64,000 nucleotides of DNA from Mobula hypostoma (lineage: Eukaryota), in contig NC_086097.1 in the NCBI RefSeq assembly GCF_963921235.1, forward strand, positions 74,278,001-74,342,000. The letters are read 5' to 3'. The position numbers and the translations under genes were made by a program. Positions within the stretch are counted from its first letter, which is position 1. The number at the start of each line of letters is the position of its first letter. Under the pieces are notes generated by a model. That model ran no database searches, was not told where the DNA came from, and worked only from the letters and a program-made list of their open reading frames with translations. Below are positions 1-13,237 of the stretch, piece by piece.

Positions 1-251
1 ACAATGTGAAAAGAAACAGTCCTAACACTACCACCTGCAAAAAAACACTGGACACCAGAAGCCAACCACAATAGACCCTGTCTATTCCCACTCTTTGTCT
101 CCTTCCAGTCAGTCAGCCTTCTGTCCATGCTCACATCTTTCCTGTAGTACCATGGGCTCTTCTCTTTTTAAGCAGCCTTATGTGCATCACCTTGTCAAGG
201 GCCTTCTGAAAATCCAAGAAAGCAACATACATTGACTGTCCTTTCTCTATC
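1..251 (-). mobile_element. Older CR1 LINE, ORF2 RT fragment (left part, interrupted at 252)
   Basis: Minus strand encodes LDFQKALDKVMH (RT DFxKAFDKVPH motif). The sequence resumes at 3309 and resembles the CR1 at 28800-29300. Confidence 0.8.
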
Positions 252-3200
252 ATAGAAACATATAAACATAGAAAACTTACAGCACAATACAGGCCCTTCA
301 ACCCACAATACTGTGCTAAACATGTACTTATTTTACAAATTACCTAGGGTTACCCATAGCCCTCTATTTCTCTAAGCTCCATGTACCTATCCAGGAGTCT
401 CTTAAAAGACCCTATCGTGACTACCTCCACCACCGTCACCGGCAGCCCATTCCACGCACTCACCACTCTCTGCGTAAAAAACTTACTCCTGACATCTCCT
501 CTGTACCTACTTCCAAGCACATTAAAACTGTGCCATCTTGTGTTAGCCATTTCAGCCATGGGAAAAAGCCTTTCATTATCCACAAGGTCAATGCCTCTCA
601 TCATCTTATACACCTCTATCAGGTCACTTCTCATCCTCCGCCGCTCCAAAGAGAAAAGGCCGAGTGCATTCAATCTTTTCTCATAAGGCATGCTCCCCAA
701 TCCAGACGACATCCTTGTAAATCTCCTCTGCACCCTTTCTATAGTTCCCACATCCTTCCTGTAGTGAGGTGGCCAGGACTGAGCACAGTACTCCAAGTGG
801 TGTCTGACCAAGGTCCTATATAGCTGTAACATTACCTCTCAGCTCTTAAGCTCAATCCCACTTTTGATGAAGGCCAATGCACTGTATACCTTCTTAACCA
901 CAGAGTCATCCTGCATGGCAGCTTTGAGTGTCCTATAGACTCAGAACATAAGATCCCTGATCCTCTACACTGCCAAGAGTCTTACCATTAATACTATATT
1001 CTGCCATCTTATTTGACCTACCAAAATGAACCACCTCACACTTATCTGGGTTGAACTCCATCTGCCACTACTCAGCCCAGTTTTGCATCCTATCAATGTC
1101 CCGCTGTAACCTCTGACAGCCCTCCACACTATCCACAACACCCCCAACCTTTGTGTCATCAGAAAATTTACTAACCCTTCCCTCCACTTCCTCATCCAGG
1201 TCATTTATAAAAATCACCAAGAGAAGGGATCCCAGAACAGATGCCTGAGGCACACCACTGGTCATCGACCTCCATGCAGAATATGACCCATCTATAACCA
1301 CTCTTTGCCTTCTGTGGGCAAGCCAATTTTGGATCCACAAAGCAATGTCCCCATGGATCCCATACCTCCTTACATTTTCAATAAGCCTTGCATGGGGTAC
1401 TTTATCAAATGCCTTGCTGAAATCCAAATACACTGCTCTACCTTCATCAACGTGTTTAGTCACCTCCTCAAAAAATTCAATCAGGCTCATAAGGCACGAC
1501 AAATCCTGCCTCTCAAGATCTTTTCCATCAACTTACCAACCACTAAAGTAAGTCTCACTGGTCTATAATTTCCTGGGCTATCTCTACTCCCTTTCTTGAA
1601 TAAGGGAACAACATCTGCAACCCTCCAATCCTCCGGAACCTCTCCCATCCCCATTGATGATGTAAAGACCATTGCCAGAGGCGCAGCAATCTCCTCCCTC
1701 ACCTGGGGTGCATCTCATCAGGACCTGGAGACTTATCCAACTTGATGCTTTCCAAAAGCTCCAGTACATCCTCTTTCTTAATGTCTATACGCTCAAGCTT
1801 TTCAATCCACTGTAAGTCATCCCTACAATTGCCAAGATCCTTTTCTGTAGTGAACATAGAAAGTATTCATTAAGAATGTGTGTTATCTCCTCTGGTTCCA
1901 TACACACTTTTCCACTGTCACACTTGACTTGTCCTATTCTGTCATGTCTTACCCTCTTGCTCTTTACATACTTGTAGAATGCCTTGGGGTTTTCTTTATT
2001 CCTGCTTACCAAGGCCTTCTCATGGCCCCTTCTGGCTCTCCTAATTTCATTCTTAAGCTTCTTCCTGCTAGCCTTATAATCTTCTAGATCTCTATCAATA
2101 CCTAGTTCTCAAACCTTTCATAAGCTTTTCTTCTTGACTAGATTTTCAACAGCCTTTGTACACCACGGTTCCCGTACCCTACCATCCTTTCCCTGTCTCA
2201 TTGGAATGTACCTATGCAGAACACCACTCAAATATCCCCTGAACATTTGCCACATTTCTGCCGTACATTTCCTTCAGAACATCTGTTCCCAATTTATGCT
2301 TCCAAGTTCCTGCCTGGCAGCTTCATATTTCCCCTTACTCCAATTAAGCACTTTCCTAACTTGTCTGTTCCTATCCCTCTCCAATGCTATGGTAACAGAG
2401 ATAGAATTGTGAACACTATCTCCAAAATGCTCCCTCACTGACAGATCTGACACCTAACCAGGTTCATTTCCCACTCTCAGAACAAGTACAGCCTCTCCTC
2501 TTGTAGACTTATCTCCATATTGTGTCAGTAAAGCTTCCTGAACACACCCAACGAACTCCATCCCATCTAAACCCCTTGCTCTAGGGAGATGCCAATTAAT
2601 ATTTGGGAAATTAAAATCTCCCACCATCTCTTATCTATCCCGTGTATGTCCCTTACCTATCATCTGCCTATCCTCCCTCTCACACTGTCTCCAAGCTTTC
2701 TCTATTTGTGAGCCAACTGCCCCTTCCTTCATCTCTTCAGTCGGTTCCCAACCCCCAGCAATTCTAGTTTAAACTCTCCCTAATAGCCTTAGCAAACCTC
2801 CCTGCCAGGATATTGGTCCCACTCGGATTCAAGTGCAACCCGTCCTTTTTGTATAGGTCGCGCCTGCCCCAAAAGAGGTCCCAATGATCCAGGAATCTGA
2901 ATCCCTCCCCCCTACTCCAATCCCTCAGCCATACATTTATCCTCCACCTCACTCTATTCCTATACTCACTGTCACATAGCACAGGCAGTAATCTGGAGAT
3001 TACTACCTTTGAAGTCCTGCTTCCCAACTTCCTTCCCAAGTCCCTGTAGTCTGTTTTCAGGACCTCCTCCCTTTTCCTACCTATGTTGTTGATACCAATA
3101 TGTACCACGCCCTTTGGCTGTTCACCTTCCCACTTCAGGATATCGTGGATGCGATCAGAAACATCCCAGACCCTGGCACCTGGAAGACAAACTACCATCC

Positions 3201-3308
3201 GTGTTTCTTTCCTGTGTCCAGAGAATCACCTCTCTGATCCCCTAACTGTAAAGTCCCCTATTACTGCTGCCTTCTTCCTTTCCCTACCCTTCTGAGCCCT
3301 TCCACCCT
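252..3308 (-). mobile_element. CR1/HER1-like LINE, degenerate, with ORF1 esterase end and ORF2 EN-RT (internal deletion near 2625)
   Basis: ORFs give YLDFSKAFDKVPH, SGVPQASVLG, SKFSDDTK, NYRPVRLT and LYRTLVRHHLEYC. (CATAGAAA)-type tail at 252-275. TCTATC on both sides (246-251, 3309-3314). Confidence 0.93.
2764..3198 (-). pseudogene. CR1 ORF1 SGNH/GDSL esterase domain remnant
   Basis: VVCLPGARV..., VVHIGINNIG (GxND block) and DGLHLN (DxxH block) match the esterase domain of CR1-clade ORF1. Confidence 0.85.
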
Positions 3309-3625
3309 TCTATCCTGCTTGTTATTTCCTTAAAATAATTCCAATGGGTTGGCCAGGCAAGATTTTCCATTAAGGACACCATGCTCACTTTGCCATGTTT
3401 TGTCATGTGCCTCCATTTACCCCAAAATCTCATTTTTAATAATGGATTCCAACATCTTCCTAACCACTGAAGTCAGGCTAATTGCCCATAATTTCCCTTA
3501 TTCTGTCTCCATTCCTTCTTAAAGAATGGAGTGACATTTGCAATTTCCTACTCCAGAACTATTTCAGAATCCAGTGATTCTTGAACAATCATTACTAATG
3601 CCTCCACAATCTCTTCAGCTACCAA
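3309..3625 (-). mobile_element. Older CR1 LINE, right part (continuation of 1-251)
   Basis: Minus strand reads as GNYxxISLTSVVRKMLES-like and VTPFFKK. It joins 1-251 across the TSD. Confidence 0.8.
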
Positions 3626-4529
3626 CCCTATTGTCCCTTACCAAGAAAAACCTCCCACTAATTAGATGGCACACATTCCACATCATCCCTTATCTTCAAA
3701 AATAACTCAAAACAGGCTGAAAGCAGAACAAACAGCTCTTACAGAACTGCTAAATGAAATACCTACAGCATAACAGTAAAGATGTGAACCAGGACATGTA
3801 ACCCTTCAGTTCTTTATTCACCACCCTTTTCAATTTTGCCCCCATGTTACTCTTCCTTATCCCACTGACTGAAATCTTGCCCTATTATCTACCTGTCCTT
3901 TCTCACGGTCTCACTACATGCTGCATCTATTTGTTTACCAACTACCCCATTCTCAACCCTATCACTCCAATTCTCATCCCCATGCAAAACTATTAGCCTA
4001 CAGAGCAGGAGCTGGTGGGAAGAAAAAGAGAGCTTCTCTAATAGAAAGCCAGCATGGATATTTTGGCTTAAATGATATCCCTCCGTGCTGAAAGCATTCT
4101 ATCATTCTAGTCTGTGCAATGCTGTGGATACCGTACAATGGGATAGTGGTGGTGGTGTCATATTTGTGGAAGTGTGGGGAAGTTAAAGACAGTAGGTCTT
4201 GGAATCAAAAAATTAGTCGGGTGGATGACTGACAAAGAAATACTGGGAAATTGGAAGTAGAAGTAATTTAGAATGGAAAGTCCAACACATTTTGTTCAGA
4301 GGTGGGCTGGTTTGGGAGTGGAAGTTGGAAATTTGAGGGGGTTGGAACAATTTGGACTAACGTCACATTGCAGGTGTTGTGCATTTGGGGTGGGGCATCA
4401 GCTTTGAGCTGGGTAGGGTTAAGTGGACAGCCGAGAGAATGGAGAGAAATTTTGGGTTGGTGTTGTTCCAGCAGAATGGGTATCCGGTGGGGGCTTGGTA
4501 ACTAAAGACAGAATAGGAGCAATAGTACA

Positions 4530-4870
4530 AAGCATGAATTAATGTGATAAGGATGTTGAAAGGCCAGGCCAGAGAAGACATGGAGAGGGTGCTTCCACTC
4601 ATAGGGGAGTCTAAGATGTGAAGGTATAGCCTCAGATTAAAGGGATGACCCTTTAAAACTGAGATGAGGAGGAACTTTTCAACCAGAGGATGGTGAATCA
4701 GAGAGTTGTAGAGTACAATCTATCAAGTGAATTTAAAGCAGAGATTGGGAAGGTGGTTAACAGTTATAGGCAGAAGTTGAGTGAATGGGGTTGAAAATAC
4801 ATGATTTAATGGTAGAGCAGACTTGATAGACCAAATGGCCTAATTCTACTACTATATCTTCTGACCCTAA
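4530..4870 (+). mobile_element. CR1 3' end fragment
   Basis: Encodes FKTEMRRNF, followed by a CR1 3'UTR-like ggcctaattctactactatatcttctg. Confidence 0.7.
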
Positions 4871-5239
4871 TGATGATGAAGGGCCTCACTGTTTTCTCAA
4901 AAGCCATAGCTTAATGAACAGCAGTTTTACAGACCAAGGAGACACACACACACAGCGGCTAACTACTTTTACAGCTGAACAAAATTGATCACATTAACTG
5001 ATACCCTTCATTGAAAACTAGACCATCCTTACAATAGTTAACAGCTTCCGTGTAATAAAGGCCCTCAAGTTATCATTTTTTGATCATTTTACTGCTTCTC
5101 ATGATATGATGTAATTTCTATAACTACAAATTATTAGTCCACTATCAGATCAATTTTCGACAATTCCCAAACTAATGGCTTGATACAAGTGCCCATTGAA
5201 AAAGGTACACTGGACACAATAGACAACCCCAGCAGATTT

Positions 5240-6070
5240 GCAAGTGAAGCGTTGCCTCACTTATTTGGGGCCCTGAATGGAGGTGAGGGAGGAGGTACAT
5301 GGACAGGTGTAGCACTTAGGCCACTTGCAAGGATAAGTACCTGAAGAGAGTTTGGTGGAGAGGGGAAATAGACAAGGGAATTGCGGAGGGAGTGATCCCT
5401 GTGGAAAGCAGAGGGGGTGGGAGGTAAAGATATGTTTTGTGGTAGGATCTCATTGGAGATGGCGGAAGGATAATGTGTTGGAAGTGGAAGATGATGGGGT
5501 GGTAGATAAGGTCAAGAGGTTCTTGATCTTTATTATGGCGGAGGAGAAGATGGGGTGAGTGCGGATGTATGGAAAATGAAGGAGATGCGAGTGAGGGCAG
5601 CATCAATAGTAGAGGGAGGGAAACTCCATGTTTTTTAAAGAAGGAGTACATCTCTGATGTTCTGGAATGGAAGTTCGCGTCCCAGATGCAGCGGATGCCA
5701 GGAAGCTGAGAAAGGGGAATAGCATTTTCACAGGAGATAGGGTGGGAAGAGGTATAGTTGAGATAACTGTGGGAATCAGTAGGTTTATAAAATATGTCAT
5801 TTTGACAGTTTGTCTCCACAGACGGAGAAAGAGAGATCAAGAAAGAGGAGGGAGGTGTCAGAGGTGGACCACATGAACTTAAGGGGTGGGTGGAAGTTAG
5901 AGGCAAAGTTGATAAAATTGACAAGCTCAGCATGAGTGCATGAAACAGCGCCAGTGCAGTTGTCAGTGTAACGGAGGAAGAATTGGTGAGTATAGCTGGA
6001 GAAGGCTTCGAACATAGACTGTTTCACATAGCAGACAAAAAGGCAGGCATAGCTGGGGCCCATGCAAATG
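5240..6070 (-). mobile_element. Penelope-like element, RT/thumb fragment
   Basis: MGPSYACLFV, FFLRYTDNC (YxDD equivalent), FHPPLKFMW, FLDLS and YKPTDSHSYLNYTSSHP are Penelope RT motifs. It shares sequence with 18920-19110. Confidence 0.88.
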
Positions 6071-6524
6071 GCTGATGAAGAGGCAGTCATAGCCTTCCAT
6101 CAGTAGCTAAGGTATATTGAGCCAATACTTCATTACTGCTCACCAGGAGAAAGTCAGGAATGGCCAGTTGTCCTCAAGATAGGAATCAAGGGCATGCCAT
6201 CTGAGAGAATCTGTTCCCATATCATCTTCAGCACACTACATCTTACTTGGCCTTCCTTCAGTAATGTATTTGCAGGCTCAGGTTTCTAAGACAGTTATCA
6301 AATCTATTGGGGAAGCTTGCTGGATTGTGTTCTCAGTCAATGTTAAGGTAATAAATCCCATTGATTGGATTATTCCAGGTATCTGTGTCAGATCTATGGT
6401 GGCTCTCTCAGTATGCTACTCAACAGAACATAAAAAGTCATCTAGTTCTCTTGGGCACTGGGTTCTGGCAGGATTTACGGCTTCTTGTGATCATAAGCAA
6501 TCACTTACTGCACCCATGTACTTA

Positions 6525-6700
6525 GAGTCATAGACCACAGCACAGAAACAGGTCCTTTGGCTCATCTAGTCCATTCTGAACCATTAATCTAGTCCTATCA
6601 ATCTGAACCTGGACCATAGCCCTCCATACCCCTCCCATCCATGTACCTATCCGAATTTCTCTTAAATGTTGAAATTGAACTCGCATCCGCTACTTGTAAG
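6525..6700 (-). mobile_element. CR1 3' tail fragment
   Basis: Encodes FKRNSDRYMDGRGMEGYG, followed by 3'UTR. Confidence 0.75.
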
Positions 6701-6739
6701 GAGTCAGTAAATAATTTGGACCTTTCCATAGAAAATGCC

Positions 6740-7130
6740 ATTGGTCTCATAAAGGTAAGATACCGTTGCATGCATGGAATAGAGCTGAGGAAGTAGTGGC
6801 ATTGATGAGCTTTCTTGGCCATGGCATCTGTGACATGCTAAGTTATGTTCACATCCCAGAATTTAAAGCAGCCAACCTCGTCAACCACAACACCGGTGAT
6901 GTAGACAAGAGCATATGCACCAACCCCTTTTCTGAATTCAATGACTAGTTCTTTGTTAACATTGAGGGAGAGGTTGTTGACATGATACCATGTCACTGTG
7001 CTCTCTGTCTCCTTACTGTACTCTAACTCACTGGTATTTGATATGTGGCCACCACAGTGATCTCATCTGCAAACTTGCAGATGGAGTTAGAAGAGAATCT
7101 GGCCATGCAGTCATAACAGTAGAGTAGGGA
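6740..7130 (-). mobile_element. Rex1/Babar LINE RT fragment
   Basis: Encodes KFADE, WYHVNNLSLNVNKE and MAKKAHQCHYFL. Confidence 0.7.
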
Positions 7131-8529
7131 GGTTGATGAAATCAAAGTGAGTATGGTAATTTCAGTGGGATACTGCTAATGAATGTACTTAGCAGATGTG
7201 GGAGCTGATTCTGTCTGTTTCCCGCATGGCCAAATGTCAAAACCCACACTGAAGTGAGTACCTCATCATCCGCAGTGCACTTGGCGGACCTTGGAACTCA
7301 ATTATCACATGGAGCATTCCAGATAACAGCCCCCTCTTTTCTTCTCTCTCCACAAATGGAGCTGTGCTGTTCCATTTCAATTTGGTGCTTTGTTTCTTTC
7401 TGTCCTTTGGTCCTTTGCCGTATCTTAACAACCCAGGTCTCCAGCCTTATACCTCAGATAATAAAATAGAGAAACTATTTTATAATAAAATAATGAAAGT
7501 ACTCATTTGGAATCTTTTAAACCATTGCCAGAAATTTGTTTTTGACCAACCCACGTTCTTTCTCTGCAGAAATGTAATTTGTCTCAGTGCTAAATGCAAC
7601 AATGTTTTAGCGTGTCCATAAAAATAAAGGGTCTGACCCAGGTGCTGAAGTTTCTGGTTCAATAATGGTGACTTGAGAAGCAAACATTTACCATCAGGTC
7701 CGGGTTCTTTAGGAGCAACCTCCAGCAGAACAGCCCACACAGTGTGACACAATCTACTTACCAAATCCCCCTCCCTTTCACCGCAGCGATCCAGGCTCTG
7801 ATTCTACATTCAGCTGACAAAACTCAAAAAGCATTATTAACAATGCTGGACTTAACCCATATTCAAACCTATGGCTCCCATTCTACTGCCTTTTTTCTTA
7901 CAGATCCCTGTTCTCCTCTCTTTTTCTCTGTCTAAATCCTTCTGGGCAGATCTCAAGCCAGGATTGGGCGGAATTCAAAGAACAGAAAGACACAAATTTG
8001 GCTACAGGCTTTGGTCCCCAGATGTTATCAAACCAAACTCAGCAAGGCAAACTTCCAGCAGTCATCAGGCACCAAGAACAAATTGAGCTGTGCATGTTAT
8101 ATAGCAAACTTGCAGTGACTTTGTAAAGCACATACTTTTCAAGACTGTTTTCTCAAATCTGTTTTATCCGATGTAACCATGCATTTTCAAATTTCTGCAA
8201 GACATTTGTCTCAAATCTCACACTCATCAAATACTGATCAACTGTAATTAAATAGGTAGGTCCCATTTATCAATCAAATAAAGGAAAATTAATGGATGCA
8301 ACAACTAAGTAATGGGGCAAGAGAGGGGGTCTGGAGACATTTTGCAAATCCAGCAAAATACAGAGGAGCCCATAAAATTAGTCCATTATTTTTGCAAAAT
8401 TTTCATTTCATTTCCCTTGATAAACATTTGATTATTAAGCTATGAAATAGACTAGTTAAATAATAATATCAAGTTAATTCTCAAACTTCCTTTACCAATT
8501 CATCAAGCAGGTGGCTACATTATTAGCTT

Positions 8530-8720
8530 ATCACTGGCCTCACCCTGTAAGAGATAAACCCTTTATTTTACTTAACCCTCTCCCACCTGCTCTGCAAATT
8601 AAAATTAACGTGTTCTTTTTCCCCTTGATTCTGACAATGGGTCTTTGACCTAAGATATTAACTCTATTTACACAGGTGCTGCCTGACTTGCTGTTTCCAA
8701 TACTTTATATTTGACTTCTC
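8530..8720 (+). mobile_element. Old Penelope-like pseudo-LTR/tail remnant
   Basis: ttctgacaatgggtctttgacctaagatattaac...ggtgctgcctgacttgctg is a decayed version of the pLTR motif at 15430-15530. Confidence 0.55.
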
Positions 8721-10204
8721 AATTCTTTCTGAGATTATTGAAGATGAATATAAATGCCTCAAATCTGTGTCTTCACATTTATCACTGTTGAATCATTTTG
8801 TGCAATATTTCTTCGGCATGCTTTCATAGAATTGTTACATTTGTCCCAGAATTTTAAAATAATCTTGAATACAAATAGTACATGGGTTACCTAAGCCTTA
8901 TTCAGAATTAACTTAAAATCACTGTCAGAAACAAGAATTTAACTTCCATCTCAGGTGCTGGTGGGATTTTCTGATTTGCAAAATGTTAAGATTGAGGCTG
9001 TGCTCTAAGTGATTATTTTTAATATTTCCTGAAAGGAGGTCACATCTTCTAATATAAAGATTTGGGAAAATAACATTAACCAACTTTAAATTCATGAACG
9101 CTATTAAAATGGAATCATCAGTAGCAGAATTCTTTTCTGCATGTATCATATCTGCAGAGTCAAAAGAACATTCAGTTGGAAACCATGAATATGAAGTAAA
9201 TTCCATTTGTTCGCAATACTTTTATAATTCACTCATCTTAGTCACTCATAAATTATGAGGCTCTCTCTCCTCCTGGGATGTTTCATATTCCACACTTTAA
9301 ATAGCCCTTGTTTTAATGCACTATCAATGATCAAGTCATTGAACTACAAGTAGAATAACGCCACAATAGAATTCAAAAGCTTAAGAAATACTTTCAGAAT
9401 AAGTCACAGCCAAAATGATCATCAATAATGAGCAATAAAAGTGACAAGAATGATAATGGACTTGGTCCAAAACCTAGACCTAGTGACATTTTACTCAGCC
9501 TGAAACAGAGGTTATATGCAGACCAACCAGCTAATCCAAAATATAAATCCGAAAGTCAAACATTTTGATTAGATTTCCGAGAATTCTTTGAAGATTAATT
9601 TTGAAGAAATATTAGATTCACATGTCTATAAGCTATTAAACCAGTAAATGGTTCATGGACTAGTTATCAGCAATATAATATTGCTTCCTTTCAGTTTATA
9701 TTATGAGCATATAATATTTTACAGAAATACTTTCTGACTATTTTGCCCACAATGTACTGTGAAATTGGCTTCTTATTCAATCAGTTTATATTGTAAACCA
9801 ATTCTGCTTTATTCCAAAACATTTGCTTGGGGTTTTCAAATCACATTCTCTTTTATGTTGTTAAGAACTCCCATGTGACTGGATGCATAATAGATTATAA
9901 AAACTATGTTTCACCTTTGTTATGTGGGCTAGAATCCAACTGTTGAGTGCAATGAGTCTCAGTCAAAAAATTACTCTAACCTTGTCTACATCATTGGTGA
10001 GGATAACTTGAAAAAATGTGCAGAGGCTGGAACAGCAAAGCACTGGAGCTCCTGAAAGAGTCATGAGGTTGATTCTCAGAGCTCTAAGCCATGAAAAGAG
10101 CCTTAAAGAACAGTGCACAGAATTTGTTTTAACTGGGGGGGGGGAAAGTGCAAAGGGAGGGAACATGAAAATGTACAGAGTAATGGATAATTTAAGAACT
10201 GTAA

Positions 10205-10420
10205 TTTGAACAATGTCTTCTCATAACCTCAAAGATTTCAAGGTGCTGTACATTTGATTAACTACATTCCTGTGGGGTATTTTTGTTCACGGTAAGAGCC
10301 AATAAACAGCAAACAAAATAACTTACTCAAGGTTCAGTTTGTGGTGTTAGAAATTGAAGACAAAGCCTTGTGCTAATCATTGGTCTCTGGATAGTGTCCA
10401 TGGATCTTCTGTATCCCCTC
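10205..10420 (-). mobile_element. Possible ancient Deu-domain SINE remnant
   Basis: Patchy similarity to the 22410-22620 remnant and to the recalled AmnSINE1/SacSINE1 body (ataacctcaaagat...; atagtgtccatggatctt). Confidence 0.35.
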
Positions 10421-11384
10421 AATCACGAGAGAATTATATTTCCAATAATATTGGAATGTGCACCATTTGGACCGTGACCATACAGTTAAAATTTACAAGT
10501 ATAAGATTAACAAGCCTCAAGTGAGGTATGAGATTAGTTGAAAATGTCCCTTTGAGCCTACGAAATGATGGATAGGTGGATTATTGGATTCTTAGGTAAA
10601 CTAGTTAATGCTGTGCCAATTAACAGCTTTAGAACAGTTGGATGCACATTTGATTAGCATCAGGATTAAAGATAAGTACAATTAGAAATAATCAAATCTA
10701 GCGTGGAACATAATGGTTCCTGAATTACCAGGATAATAGATGTCATGTCAAAGAAGGCAATAGACTGGAAATTGCTGCTGGTGGGGATATTTAACTGGGG
10801 TGGGAATTGTGCACATGAGGGTTGGAAAATTGGAAGCTCTTCAAATTGCATCCTTTTTTCCCAGCTCTGTGTTTTAAATTCTCCAGCTGCTTGCCCGATT
10901 ACGCTGTCTTGCACAGAAAGTGTGAGAGCTTCATTACCAAGTCATATCTCATTCTGAACAGTGGTTAATAGGAGCAGTTGTTGGTTTATGCTGGTTTTCA
11001 AACACCTGGGAGTCAAATTACAGTGAAACCCTCACCTGGATCAGAGATCAAAATATTCATACCATTCTGAAGATGGCATTCCTGAAGTTGGAAAGCACCA
11101 GAGGTTATACACACACACAGACACACACACGCGAGAAACCTTGAAAGTTCACCAAGCGGATCAGTTAGCAGGACCTCTAGATTTGGCTCACAAACGTATG
11201 TTGCAAGTGTCTAAAATAAATAATGGGTAGAATAAATCTAGAATAAATACCTGGGTACTGAGAACAAATGGCATTTCACTTGCATTCCTGCTAGGTGCTG
11301 TCAGGACTAGAAGGATGTAGTTTTCCTCAAGAACAGGAGGGAGAAACTTATAATTCTCATCAGGACAGTTGGAGTTAACTAAGG

Positions 11385-11820
11385 AGGTGAATATTGGAGT
11401 CCAGGGGCAAAAGTCAAACTATCCAGGGAGCTTAGTATGTCAGGCCGCATCAGTCAGACACCACCTAATCGGTGTTTAGACCATAAGATATAGGAGCAGA
11501 AGTAGGCCATTCAGCCCATCGAGCCTGCTCTGCCATTCAATCATGGGCTGATCCAATTCTTCCAGTCATCCCCACTCCCCTGCTTTCACCCCATACCCTT
11601 TGATGCCCTGGCTAATCAAGAACCTATCTATCTCTGCCTTAAATACACCCAATGACTTGGCCTCCACAGCCTCTTTCAGGTCAAAACTCTGCAGCAGGTC
11701 TGTGGATGGATGGTCTCAACCTGAAATGTTGACTATCACTCTGTCTGCCTGACCTGATGAGATCCTCCAGTAGCTTTTTTTTTGTTCCAGTTCCCAGATT
11801 CTGCAATCCCCTGTGTCTCC
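11385..11820. mobile_element. Penelope-derived hairpin element interrupted by a CR1 3' fragment (11478-11672, minus)
   Basis: Inverted tttcaggtcaaaac / ggtctcaacctgaaatgttgac and ctgcctgacctgatgag...ccagattctgca tail. The insert has an agaccataagatataggagcaga CR1 tail. Confidence 0.65.
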
Positions 11821-13237
11821 AATAACAGAGGCCTGGTGCCCAGATCACAAATGTACTCACTCAGAGAAGCAGTTTACTGATCTAACTAGTCAGGGAAAAG
11901 CTGAGTGTGCTTACTTTCTCAATTATCTCCTGTGTCTAAGACCCATAACCTCTTTCCCTCGTCTTGCCAAGTAGTCTGTACATGCATGTGAATGTGCACA
12001 CACACACTTGGACTCAAAATCATGCATTAGGAACACTTGGCTTTGAGTTGAAAAAACTATGTGACAATTTATTTACTTTTTAAAAAAATCCTTGAGGGCA
12101 AATCTTATTCCATATTGCGAAGTTTTGGACTGTGATTTGTAAATTCTGTAAGAGTGAATTTCTCTAACCCAAGCAACTGTAACATAGGGATTGCCTGCAT
12201 TTCTGAGAACCACTCTATCAATTTCCTGAAAATAGATAACAGCTGTACCCAAATGAAACTGGTTAATGATAGCCAATATTGTAAAGTGAAGGTCAATGCC
12301 TTATCCCCAGAAGTGGTCATAAAGGGATTCTACGGTTGACTATTTGAATTTGGTTAGTCTGGATGAATGTTTCCTCAGGGTCTAAACCTTCCTTTTGGTA
12401 CTTCTGAAGTATCCAACTATAGAATGAGAGTACAAATTTAAATACACATCAAGAGAACAGTCATGTGTGCCAGCACTTGGCTGATACATCTTTTGCTACC
12501 AGTCTGTTTTCGATCTTGAACCTTCCTTTTAACATCTGGAATAATATCTGCATCTGGTAGTGCTCCATCCCAAAGAGATAGCTCCCAGCAAGTTTGGACT
12601 GAAGGACTAAACATAATGTGTCAGTTTTATGGAACAAGTAAGTGCCAGATCCTTCATTTCAGTCCCAGTAGATGTGCACTGCAGGTAGAACAAAAAGGAC
12701 ACCACGCTTTAATTTGACAGCATAATTCTTAGATCGGGCATTACTCCAATATGCTGATTCTCAATCAGTTGAATGTCAGGATCAGTAATTTAAAACACAA
12801 ATGTCAAGGTTAATTTTTTGATGCAATATTAAATGCATCACACCAGAAGGGACGGTTGCAAAGAGGTCTTCCAAACCTCAGTTTAACACTCCAATCAGAA
12901 ATAACCCATTTGTGTCATTACTGCAATTTAAAGAGACTAAACATCCTGAACTTAAATAATGGGCTGGGATCTTTTGTACAACTGGTTTAACTATGACATG
13001 GCCTGCTACTTAAGCATTGAATGCTCTATTATATCATTCAATTTCCTGGTTACTTTTTCTCTCTTTTGTTTCTCTTTGTTTCTCTTTTTGTTTCTACCAG
13101 ATTATTTTCTGACTTGTGTTTGCAACTCTTGATAATGTTCAAGAGCAATCTAATGTCATCAATTTCACTAGTAAATTAGGAGCAAAATTTTAAGTATTAC
13201 TCTGAGTAATCAAATTATGTAAGAGATATTATATATG

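Noticed and set aside
7756..7975. Possible minus-strand first exon (GTAAGT donor at ~7761, CCAAT/GC box at ~7962-7971)
   Set aside because: Only short motifs, with no CpG island and no downstream exon found in the window.
8925..9206. 93-aa ORF in non-repeat DNA
   Set aside because: No recognisable motif or convincing splice sites, and the length is within chance expectation.
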